The notes under the pieces: generated by a model
Seen by the model: only the letters and a program-made list of their open reading frames with translations
Database searches by the model: none
What the model was told of the DNA's origin: nothing
Made by a program: the position numbers and the translations under genes
In this document: one piece after another, positions 37,532-44,964 of the stretch
Layout of the letters: every line of letters starts with the position of its first letter
Position numbering within the stretch: position 1 is the stretch's first letter
Source of the DNA: Candidatus Dadabacteria bacterium UBA1144
GTDB taxonomy: Bacteria; Desulfobacterota_D; UBA1144
Direction: 5' to 3'
Assembly: GCA_905181755.1 (NCBI GenBank)
Contig: CAJIYY010000024.1
Location: 1-44,964, forward strand
Length of the DNA: 44,964 nucleotides

Positions 37532-37559
37532 GTAGACAAACTATTGTTATAATAACAAG

Positions 37560-38918
37560 ATGGCTATAAATCTAAAGAACCTACCCCAAAACAATGAGGC
37601 CGAACAAGCTGTTCTTGGGTCAATACTAATTGATCAACAAGCAATGAACTTGGCATTGGAAGAAATAGCAGAAAATGATTTTTACGATGAGAACCACAAG
37701 AAAATTTTCTCGGCAATGATAGACCTGGACAAAGAAAGCAAGCCTATTGATATTTTAACCTTATATGAGAAGTTGAAGTCTAAGAAGTCTCTTCTTAAGG
37801 AAGTTGGAGGAAGCTCTTATTTAAGTCAACTAATAGAGATTGTTCCAAGCTCATCTAATGTGCTTTTTTACGCAAAATCAGTAAAAGAAAAATCTATTCT
37901 TCGTAGCATGATTAAGACTGCCTCTGAAATTATAGACGAAGGTCAGACAGATCAAGTTGAGGTAGATGAATTTGTTGATCAGGCGGAAAAAAAATTATTT
38001 GAGATAAGCCAAAACAAGAAGAGGTCTGGGTTTGTTTCAACCGGCGAACTAGCAGCAGAAACAATAAAAATAATAGAAGGCCTAACGACTAGAAAAATGG
38101 CAATAACCGGTATCGCAAGCGGTTTTAAAAAACTTGATAAGATGACTGCTGGGTTTCAAAACTCCGACTTAGTTATAATAGCTGCAAGACCAGGGATGGG
38201 CAAAACTTCGTTTAGCTTAAACATAGTAATGCATGCAGGCCTAACCCATGGGCTTAAAGTTGGTTTCTTTTCATTAGAAATGGCAAAAGAACAGCTGATG
38301 ATGAGGATGCTTTCTGCAAAATCCAAAATAAATTTTGGTAAAGTCAGAACAGGGTTTTTGTCTGACTCTGAATTTCAAAAAACAGTAGATGCAGCTGAGT
38401 CTCTTCAAAAAGCCCACATCTTTATCGATGACACTCCTGCCCTAACCTCTTTAGACCTCAGGTCTAGGACAAGGCGCCTTAAAAGCGACAAAGGGCTTGA
38501 TATTTTAATTGTAGACTATCTCCAGCTCATGCGTGGGCACTCTAGAACCGATAATCGTGAAAGAGAAATTGCAGAAATTTCCTTATCTTTAAAAGCTCTA
38601 GCAAAAGAACTTAAAATCCCCATCATAGCAATATCACAACTGAGCAGGCAAACTGAAGCCAGGACTGATAAAAAACCGCAACTCTCAGACTTGCGTGAAA
38701 GTGGTGCGTTGGAGCAAGACGCTGATATGGTAATTTTTCTTCATAGGGCAGATGCCTATAAAAGAATTGCTGATGAACGTGACGGATTGGCAGAAGTAAT
38801 TATTGGGAAGCAAAGAAACGGGCCTACAGGAACAGTTTCTTTAGCCTTTTTAGACAACCAAGGTGTACCCAGCTTTGAAAATCTTGCAGAAGAATACACT
38901 GAACAACCAAGTGAATAA
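37560..38918 (+). CDS. dnaB: Replicative DNA helicase
   Basis: PQNNEAEQAVLGSILID N-terminus, Walker A AARPGMGKTSF, SLEM, VDYLQLM, and QLSR; 452 aa, no intein. Confidence 0.95.
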   Translation: MAINLKNLPQNNEAEQAVLGSILIDQQAMNLALEEIAENDFYDENHKKIFSAMIDLDKESKPIDILTLYEKLKSKKSLLKEVGGSSYLSQLIEIVPSSSNVLFYAKSVKEKSILRSMIKTASEIIDEGQTDQVEVDEFVDQAEKKLFEISQNKKRSGFVSTGELAAETIKIIEGLTTRKMAITGIASGFKKLDKMTAGFQNSDLVIIAARPGMGKTSFSLNIVMHAGLTHGLKVGFFSLEMAKEQLMMRMLSAKSKINFGKVRTGFLSDSEFQKTVDAAESLQKAHIFIDDTPALTSLDLRSRTRRLKSDKGLDILIVDYLQLMRGHSRTDNREREIAEISLSLKALAKELKIPIIAISQLSRQTEARTDKKPQLSDLRESGALEQDADMVIFLHRADAYKRIADERDGLAEVIIGKQRNGPTGTVSLAFLDNQGVPSFENLAEEYTEQPSE

Positions 38919-38919
38919 A

Positions 38920-39678
38920 TTATAACTTTATCGAAACAGGACAATGGTCGGAGCCAAAGACATCATTGTGAATTCCAGCACCAGCAATCTTTTCAATTTG
39001 AGATACCCAAAAATAATCTATTCTCCAGCCAACGTTGTTTTGTCTTGCATTTCGCATATAAGTCCACCAAGAATATTTGATTTCTTCGGGATAGAAGTGT
39101 CTAAAGGTGTCCACGAAACCTTTTTTTTCAAACTTATCCAACCAATCTCTTTCTATTCTTAGAAAGCCGGACGTATTTTGATTTGGCTTAGGATGCTTAA
39201 GGTCTATTTCATTATGTGCAATATTATAATCACCGCAAATAATTAAATTCTTCTTTTTTCTCTTTAGCTTAAGAACCTTCTTGTATACTGCCTCATGAAA
39301 TCTTAACTTATACTTTAAGCGCTGATCGTTCATCTGACCATTGGGAAAATAAAAATTCAAAAGAAAAAAGTCTTCGTATTCCGCAATAAGAGTTCGGCCT
39401 TCTTGGTCTAAATCTTCGTCTGACCCCAAAACAGTAGAAACATCTATAGGCTTCTTTTTAGAATATATAGCAACCCCTGAATAACCTTTTTTGAACTTGG
39501 GTGAATCGAAATAAGAAAAATATCCCTTTGGGCTTAATAGATCATCCCCCAGTTGTTCTACATGTGCCTTTGTCTCTTGCAGACATAGTATGTCAGGATT
39601 ATATTGAGAAATAAAATCCAAAAAACCTTTCTTTTTTACCGCCCTTATACCGTTAACGTTCCAAGAAAAAATATTCAT
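38920..39678 (-). CDS. xthA: Exodeoxyribonuclease III
   Basis: SWNVNGIRA, LCLQETK, GDYNIAH, WRIDY and SDHCPV are the EEP-family ExoIII motifs. Confidence 0.9.
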   Translation of the reverse strand: MNIFSWNVNGIRAVKKKGFLDFISQYNPDILCLQETKAHVEQLGDDLLSPKGYFSYFDSPKFKKGYSGVAIYSKKKPIDVSTVLGSDEDLDQEGRTLIAEYEDFFLLNFYFPNGQMNDQRLKYKLRFHEAVYKKVLKLKRKKKNLIICGDYNIAHNEIDLKHPKPNQNTSGFLRIERDWLDKFEKKGFVDTFRHFYPEEIKYSWWTYMRNARQNNVGWRIDYFWVSQIEKIAGAGIHNDVFGSDHCPVSIKL

Positions 39679-39726
39679 TAAATTAGTTTATAATAATTCT
39701 TGCAATCATGTTAGTGGAATTTAATT

Positions 39727-40332
39727 ATGAAATTTATTATTGTACCTTTTAAAAATTATAAATCGGCCAAATCAAGAATGAGAAAAGATTTGTCGGATGA
39801 AGAAACTGAGAAAATCGTCGAGAACATGTTGAGACACGTGTTAACAGAAGTATCAAAATCTCAAATGTCAGATGCAAGCTTCCTTATAACTAAGGATGAA
39901 GAAGCTATTTCTCTTGCGAAACAAATTGGGGTTGAAACAATAGAAGAAAAAGAGCAGATTAACGAGAGCACCTCTGTGGATTTGGCAACGAAGATATTAA
40001 TCAGAAGGGGAGCTACAAGTGTTCTAAGGATTCCTGGTGACCTTCCTCTTCTAACATACAATGACATAGACATTGTCTTTAGAGAGTCAATAGAGACAAA
40101 TTCTTGCATACTTGTACCTTCAAAAAGCGGAAAAGGAACAAATGCTATCCTAAGAAGGCCTCCTGATATTATCAAGTCTTGTTTTGGAGAAGACAGTCTA
40201 AGAAAACATAAGAAAGAGTTTGATAGAAAACAAGTTCAATATAAAATAGTCAAAAATAAAAATATTGAACTCGACTTGGACTGCCTAGAAGATCTTCAAG
40301 AATTTAAAAATCTACATAAAAAAATTAGCTAA
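39727..40332 (+). CDS. cofC: 2-phospho-L-lactate guanylyltransferase (CofC/FbiD)-like nucleotidyltransferase
   Basis: IVPFKNYKSAKSRM (the IPvK..AKSRL motif), IPGDLPLL and GKGTNAIL (dGGTNaL-like) blocks, about 200 aa. Another MobA-like NTP transferase cannot be excluded. Confidence 0.5.
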   Translation: MKFIIVPFKNYKSAKSRMRKDLSDEETEKIVENMLRHVLTEVSKSQMSDASFLITKDEEAISLAKQIGVETIEEKEQINESTSVDLATKILIRRGATSVLRIPGDLPLLTYNDIDIVFRESIETNSCILVPSKSGKGTNAILRRPPDIIKSCFGEDSLRKHKKEFDRKQVQYKIVKNKNIELDLDCLEDLQEFKNLHKKIS

Positions 40333-40627
40333 TAATTGCCAAGATATCTCTTTCTTCAAGCACCATAAGGTCTTGATGTTCAATATTAAATTCAGCACCA
40401 CCAAATTTGCTAAAAAGAACTCTGTCGCCCTTTTTAACTGTTAACGATGTAATATTTCCCTTTGCGTCAGCCCTTCCTCGTCCCACTGCAACAACTGTTG
40501 CTTCAAGTGGCTTTTCTTTGACGGCATCAGGGATTATAATCCCACCTTCTGTTTTGCCTTCTGCCTCATTTCTTTTAACTAAAACAAAAGCTCCTAAAGG
40601 CCTTACACTTTTTTTTGATTTACCCAT
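40325..40627 (-). CDS. groES: Co-chaperonin GroES
   Basis: RPLGAFVLVKR, the mobile-loop region EGKTEGGIIIPDAVKEKPLEATVVAVGRG, and GDRVLFSKFGG; 100 aa. Confidence 0.9.
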   Translation of the reverse strand: MGKSKKSVRPLGAFVLVKRNEAEGKTEGGIIIPDAVKEKPLEATVVAVGRGRADAKGNITSLTVKKGDRVLFSKFGGAEFNIEHQDLMVLEERDILAIIS

Positions 40628-40693
40628 CTTGTTAAACTCCCATTAAACTTTGATTATTATAAAGTAATCATGTTTCCTGAAGATTCAAGTAAA

Positions 40694-41347
40694 TTAAATA
40701 AATTTAATTGAAAATTCATGCTTATGCTTCTTATTCATGTTAATTATCAACGGAGTAATAGCCTCTATCATTGAAGAAATTTCAAGTGGTCCTGCATCTA
40801 TAGCTTTAAGGCTTGGCATTTCTTCGGTTAATCTTGAAACTACTCCCTTAGCTTCGTCATCATTGCCACAAATAACAACGTCATAATCTAATGGTTTTTC
40901 AAAATTAGCTAACCCTTTTGCCGGAATATTATGATACGCGCTTACGACCCTTACTGTATCAGGCAATACGTTTTGAATATCGATAGCAGCAGACCCTGAC
41001 TCTGGTGGGTCATACGAAACAACTTTTCCAAATTTCATTGGAACAACGGGGGAAATCACAATTTGATTTGTGAACGAACTAGAAATACCTTCTAAGGTTG
41101 CCCTAGTGTATTCAGGGGGCAAACAAACAACAACCACTTCGCTTGCTTTTGCAGCTTCTCCATTTTCCATACCAACAATGCTTCCTTCAACACCCTGTTC
41201 TTTTGCTTTCTCTTTTATCTCTGCGGTAGCGGCATCTGCTTTTTCTTGAGTTCTAGAACCTATTAAAACTTCGTGGCCTACCTTTGCCCATCTTATTACA
41301 AGACCTTCAGCAAAAGACCCCGTACCACCTAATAAACTGATTTTCAT
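40694..41347 (-). CDS. fno: NADPH-dependent F420 reductase (F420H2:NADP+ oxidoreductase, FNO/NpdG type)
   Basis: Matches the FNO pattern along its length as I recall it: LLGGTGSFAEGL, GHEVLIGSR..EKA, VISPVVP, VVSAYHNIPA, ICGNDDEAK, DAGPL, ITPLIIN, and a C-terminal IKF. Confidence 0.7.
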   Translation of the reverse strand: MKISLLGGTGSFAEGLVIRWAKVGHEVLIGSRTQEKADAATAEIKEKAKEQGVEGSIVGMENGEAAKASEVVVVCLPPEYTRATLEGISSSFTNQIVISPVVPMKFGKVVSYDPPESGSAAIDIQNVLPDTVRVVSAYHNIPAKGLANFEKPLDYDVVICGNDDEAKGVVSRLTEEMPSLKAIDAGPLEISSMIEAITPLIINMNKKHKHEFSIKFI

Positions 41348-41382
41348 TTAATTCTCCTTTAATTTGAATCTGGTTTCCAATA

Positions 41383-41643
41383 TTATAACAGTTTTTTTAA
41401 AGCTAAGTTGAGTTTGTTAGAAGGGCAGTCTATCTCTAAAGTTTTAATTTTGGACTTAAATCCTCTAGTTATTGATATTCTGGACTGTGGCACTCCAAAA
41501 AACTCTCCAAGAACTCTAACTAGTTCTTTGTTTGAGGCCCCTTTGTGTGGAATGGCGGCGACCTTAACTGATAAGACTTGAGAATCAAAACTAACCACTT
41601 CTGATTTAGCAGACCTGGGTTTAACTGAAGCTAGAATTTTCAC
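41383..41643 (-). CDS. yggU: DUF167 (YggU) family protein
   Basis: The V-K-P-x-A-K pattern, V-x-A-x-P-x-x-G-x-A-N-x-E-L, and a RGxxSKxK-like C-terminal block (ITRGFKSKIK). Confidence 0.75.
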   Translation of the reverse strand: MKILASVKPRSAKSEVVSFDSQVLSVKVAAIPHKGASNKELVRVLGEFFGVPQSRISITRGFKSKIKTLEIDCPSNKLNLALKKLL

Positions 41644-41645
41644 AG

Positions 41646-41936
41646 CTAAAAAATACTGGCAAGCTCATACAGAGACTTAATTAGGAAGCTTTTAAAAAAC
41701 TCAATTGCCAAAAGAACAACTATCGGGGAAATATCAAGTCCGCCCAAGTTTGGCATAACGCTTCTCACTAAACTTAGGACTGGCTCTGTCACTCTATATA
41801 GGAATTGGTACAAAGAAGTATAAGGATCAGGATTAAACCATGAGATTAGGGCTCTAATAATTATAAGCCAAAAAAACAAAGACATCGCCAGGTCTAAAAC
41901 TCTTGCAATAGCTATTAGTAAATTCGAAATAATCAT
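41646..41936 (-). CDS. yggT: YggT family membrane protein
   Basis: 96-aa two-TM protein with IIRALISWF..DP..........TEP.L...R and GLDISPIV blocks. It sits in the conserved position after yggS-proC. Confidence 0.8.
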   Translation of the reverse strand: MIISNLLIAIARVLDLAMSLFFWLIIIRALISWFNPDPYTSLYQFLYRVTEPVLSLVRSVMPNLGGLDISPIVVLLAIEFFKSFLIKSLYELASIF

Positions 41937-41937
41937 A

Positions 41938-42753
41938 TTAATTTTTTTCTAAAACCAACTTGTCAGCAATTTCCTTTGATTTTTTTGAAGCAGAATCAAA
42001 ACACTTAATTATAATATTTGTAAATTTTTTATTTTTCAATACATTGACACCCTCAACTGTTGTTCCCCCAGGAGAAGAAACAAGGTCTACGAAGGCACTT
42101 GGCGAAATTCCCGTAACTTTCAAGTATTCAACAGCTCCTATTATAGTTTCAAACACTAGTTGTTTGGCTAAAGATGAAGAAAGGCCTTTGGAGCCTGCGT
42201 ACACAAGCTGGGCAGCGATGTATTCTGCCAGAAAAGCCGGCCCTGAGCCACTTATTGCGGTAATATAATCAAAGTCTTTTTCTTTTTTAATTTCAAATGC
42301 TTTTCCAACAGTAGAAACTAAAAGTAGAAAACTTTCTATGTCTTTTATATTGGCCCTACTATTTGCCTTAAAACCAAAAACCCCCTTTGAAACCAAACAA
42401 GGCAAGTTGGGCATTGATCTGATAATTTTAAATTTTCTTCCTATATATTTTTCAATGTAGGAAATTTTTACCCCTGCTGCAATTGATACCAACAGCTTTT
42501 TGGGGGTCAGAGTTTTTTTTATTTCTTCTAAAACTATTGATACCGAATTAGGCTTAACACAAAGAAAAATTATTTCTGATTTTTCTACAACCTCTTTATT
42601 GTTAGTTGCGATTTTAACTCCACCTGCTTTCTTGAAAAAGCTTAATTTTTTTGAATCCAAATCAAAACAATAAATTTTGTTTTTCTTTTGACTCTGGAAC
42701 CCTTTAATTAAGGAGGAGGCCATGTTTCCAGTACCTATTATTCCAATTTTCAT
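41938..42753 (-). CDS. proC: Pyrroline-5-carboxylate reductase
   Basis: IGIIGTGNMASS Rossmann motif, RSMPN, and SSPGGTT near the C-terminus. I prefer the ATG at 42753, 1 nt after the yggS stop, over 42786. Confidence 0.88.
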   Translation of the reverse strand: MKIGIIGTGNMASSLIKGFQSQKKNKIYCFDLDSKKLSFFKKAGGVKIATNNKEVVEKSEIIFLCVKPNSVSIVLEEIKKTLTPKKLLVSIAAGVKISYIEKYIGRKFKIIRSMPNLPCLVSKGVFGFKANSRANIKDIESFLLLVSTVGKAFEIKKEKDFDYITAISGSGPAFLAEYIAAQLVYAGSKGLSSSLAKQLVFETIIGAVEYLKVTGISPSAFVDLVSSPGGTTVEGVNVLKNKKFTNIIIKCFDSASKKSKEIADKLVLEKN

Positions 42754-42754
42754 T

Positions 42755-43438
42755 TTAAGCACGTTCTCCAAAAATTTTAGAGCCAACCCTTATGATCGTT
42801 GACCCCTCATCTAAGGCTACCTTATAATCCCCACTCATGCCCATTGAAAGCTCCAACTTTACACCATGTTCGTTTTCTATCTTACTAGCAAGATTTTTCA
42901 TGTTTCTATAGTGGGACCTTGAGTCTTCTGGATCTTCTGAATACTTAACTATTGTCATAAGTCCGCAAACCTTGACCCTTTCAAGGTTGGAGACTTCTTC
43001 GAACAAAAGAGCTGCTTCTTCCTGACCAATTCCACCCTTGGAAGAATCGTCGGAAATGTTGATTTGTAATAGAATGTCTTGATATAAATTTTTTTTGGAA
43101 CAATAAGCGTTGATCATCTGTGCTTTTTTGATGGAGTCTATTGTATGAATTAATATTGCTTTTCCGACAATATATTTAATTTTGTTTTCTTGAATCTGAC
43201 CGATATAGTGCCAACTGATTTCAATGTTGCCCGCGGAAGCCTCTTTTGCCTTATCTCTTAATTCTTGTGCATAATTTTCTCCGAAATCTCTTTGGCCTAA
43301 ACTATAAGCCTTCTGAATGTATTCCAAAGATTTAGTTTTAGAGACTGCTACAAGCAAAGCTCGCCTTCCGATAGCCTTTGAATATTCCTCAAATTCTACT
43401 AAAAAAGACCTGTATCTCTGCTCGACATCCGTAATCAT
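42755..43438 (-). CDS. yggS: YggS-family pyridoxal-phosphate homeostasis protein
   Basis: LVAVSKTK (PLP lysine), FGENYAQE, WHYIGQIQ.NK, LSMGMSGDY, and RVGSKIFG. I prefer the ATG at 43438 over 43480. Confidence 0.85.
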   Translation of the reverse strand: MITDVEQRYRSFLVEFEEYSKAIGRRALLVAVSKTKSLEYIQKAYSLGQRDFGENYAQELRDKAKEASAGNIEISWHYIGQIQENKIKYIVGKAILIHTIDSIKKAQMINAYCSKKNLYQDILLQINISDDSSKGGIGQEEAALLFEEVSNLERVKVCGLMTIVKYSEDPEDSRSHYRNMKNLASKIENEHGVKLELSMGMSGDYKVALDEGSTIIRVGSKIFGERA

Positions 43439-43471
43439 GATTAAATAATAATATAATATATAATCTAATAA

Positions 43472-44329
43472 ATGAATCATTCAATTGGATCTGTATTAAT
43501 AAAAGGGGCTGAAATTTTAAAAAAATCTAAAATTGCAAACTTTAAACAAGAAGCAAATGAGCTACTAGAAAGCCTTCTAAATAGGTCTCCAGAGGAAATT
43601 TTTTTATCAAAGGGAAAAAGTTTAAGTAATAAATTGCAAGAAGCTTTTTTTAAAAGGATAGGTAGGCGCGAGGTGGGGGAGCCACTTCAATACATTACAA
43701 AGGTGGCCCATTTTTACTCTAGAAAATTTACAATAACAAAGGGGGCACTGATTCCAAGGCAAGAAACAGAAATTCTTGTAGAAAAAGTTTTAAAACTAAT
43801 AGATGGAAAGAAAAACATGTGTTGCCTTGATATGTGTACCGGAAGTGGGTGCATTGGAATTACTCTTGGTCTAGAAAATAAACAATTCAAAAAAATATTT
43901 TTGGTAGACAGTAGCAAAAAAGCTCTCGAATGCTGTAAAAAGAATGTGGAAATTTTTGGTTTAGAGAAAACAACAATTCTAATTTTATCGAACCTCTTCA
44001 GCTTGGTTCCCAAAATTAAATTTGATGTTATCTGCGCAAATCCGCCATATGTTAAAGAAGATGATTTTCATAGTCTTGACAGGACCGTCCGAGAACACGA
44101 ACCCAAGGCTGCTCTTGTTAGCAAAAAAAATGGGTTTTTTCATATTGAAAAAATTGCTATAGAGGCTCAATCGTTTTTAAAAAAGGACGGTATTCTTGTT
44201 TTTGAGGTTGGGGTTAACCAGGCCCAGGAAGTAAAAAAAATTCTTATTAAAATTGGATACTCTAGCTTGGTAATTTATAATGATTTGAACAAAATAGAAA
44301 GAGTGGTGATGGCTAAATGGAAAAAATAA
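43472..44329 (+). CDS. prmC: Release-factor glutamine N5-methyltransferase
   Basis: EPLQYI, LIPRQETE, DMCTGSGCIGI SAM loop, and NPPY catalytic motif. Confidence 0.88.
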   Translation: MNHSIGSVLIKGAEILKKSKIANFKQEANELLESLLNRSPEEIFLSKGKSLSNKLQEAFFKRIGRREVGEPLQYITKVAHFYSRKFTITKGALIPRQETEILVEKVLKLIDGKKNMCCLDMCTGSGCIGITLGLENKQFKKIFLVDSSKKALECCKKNVEIFGLEKTTILILSNLFSLVPKIKFDVICANPPYVKEDDFHSLDRTVREHEPKAALVSKKNGFFHIEKIAIEAQSFLKKDGILVFEVGVNQAQEVKKILIKIGYSSLVIYNDLNKIERVVMAKWKK

Positions 44330-44964
44330 TAATTAGTGGTGGCTTTCCTCTTAAAGGTAGAATTAAAGTCTCTGGATCAAAGAACTCTGCTTTACCAATT
44401 CTAGCTGCAACTGCTGTTTATCCTGGAAAATACAAACTTAACAATGTCCCTGACATACAAGATGTCCGAACAATGTTACAGCTTTTAAAAATACTGGGCT
44501 GTACATACAAGTTTCAAGCAAACAAGGTAGAAATTAATACAGAAAAATTAAATAAATTTGAAGCACCTTATGATTTGGTTAAGACAATGAGGGCTTCAGT
44601 GTTGATATGGGGAGCCTTGCTAACCCGACACAAGAAAGCAAAGATTTCTTTTCCTGGCGGATGTGCAATAGGTGACAGGCCCGTTGATCAACACTTGGCA
44701 GGCTTTAAGTCGATTGGCTTTTCGACAACCGTAAGCTCTGGATATCTTGAATCAAGAGCTCTTAAACAAATAGGTGGAACATTTAAATTTAAAGTGAAAA
44801 GTGTAACGGGAACAGAAAACTTAATTTTAGCGTCAATAATGGGGGACAAACAAACTGTTCTAGAAAACTGCTCCTTAGAGCCCGAGGTGGATGATTTAAT
44901 CTATTTTTTAATTTCCTTAGGAGCAAAAATAAAAAGAAAAAAAGAAAAAATTATAATTTCACCC
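44317..44964 (+). CDS. murA: UDP-N-acetylglucosamine 1-carboxyvinyltransferase, N-terminal 216 codons (runs off the window)
   Basis: Hand-translated from the ATG at 44317: MEKIIISGGFPLKGRIKVSGSKNSALPILAATAV..., with KTMRAS and GGCAIGDRPVDQHL further on (catalytic Cys loop). Overlaps the prmC stop by 13 nt. Confidence 0.9.
   Translation, partial: MEKIIISGGFPLKGRIKVSGSKNSALPILAATAVYPGKYKLNNVPDIQDVRTMLQLLKILGCTYKFQANKVEINTEKLNKFEAPYDLVKTMRASVLIWGALLTRHKKAKISFPGGCAIGDRPVDQHLAGFKSIGFSTTVSSGYLESRALKQIGGTFKFKVKSVTGTENLILASIMGDKQTVLENCSLEPEVDDLIYFLISLGAKIKRKKEKIIISP

Noticed and set aside
40628-40693. Looked for a CIRCE (HrcA operator) element or a clear sigma32 promoter upstream of groES.
   Set aside because: There is no TTAGCACTC-N9-GAGTGCTAA inverted repeat. 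Only a CTTGAA hexamer is present, without a CCCCAT-like -10 box at the right spacing.
1-44964. Scanned for CRISPR arrays, tandem or interspersed repeats, IS elements, toxin-antitoxin pairs and defence-system genes.
   Set aside because: I saw no regularly spaced direct repeats and no transposase-, integrase-, nuclease- or methylase-type ORFs other than housekeeping ones (prmC, xthA, uvrA). By-eye repeat detection is limited, so a dot-plot self-comparison would be the decisive check.

Overview
This is an AT-rich (by eye roughly one-third G+C), extremely gene-dense bacterial chromosomal window. I count about 43 protein genes and 2 tRNAs. I see no rRNA, CRISPR array, transposase, integrase or obvious repeat family. 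All calls come from reading the supplied translations and the DNA for family motifs; no database search was run.

Most of the window is housekeeping:
- Purine, histidine and serine genes: purC, purA, hisZ-like, serA.
- Translation and tRNA genes: thrS (5' end), leuS, mnmG, prmC, tRNA-Val(GAC), tRNA-Met(CAT).
- DNA replication and repair: uvrA, dnaB, xthA.
- NAD synthesis: nadB, nadC, nadA, interrupted by a two-subunit 2-oxoacid:ferredoxin oxidoreductase (korAB).
- Others: glnD, tatC, phoH, the yggS-proC-yggT-yggU block and murA (5' end).

Gene content (hisZ next to purA, glnD, a DapL-like aminotransferase) looks proteobacteria-like, but I cannot assign taxonomy.

The part that is not ordinary is about 8.1-14.3 kb. 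A minus-strand operon there is headed by an unannotated 29-codon ORF, too short for the ORF track. It has a strong Shine-Dalgarno (SD) sequence and encodes MSKTVSINFVSFAATCCCRISNLCCCNYK, with two runs of three Cys. Downstream follow a two-domain rhodanese, a SufU/IscU-type scaffold and a 449-aa SagB/nitroreductase-like protein. No SufS/SufBCD or YcaO partner is present in the window. I read this either as a cysteine-sensing leader-peptide attenuator or as a non-canonical poly-Cys peptide maturation or sulfur-relay system. It is the top candidate for something undescribed.

Secondary points:
- An FNO-type F420H2:NADP+ oxidoreductase and a CofC-like gene flank a groES that has no groEL next to it.
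- There is a degenerate UDG-fold protein.
- A double-hotdog dehydratase is paired with a CoA ligase.
- Seven convergent gene junctions have 3 nt or less of spacer, or an overlap.
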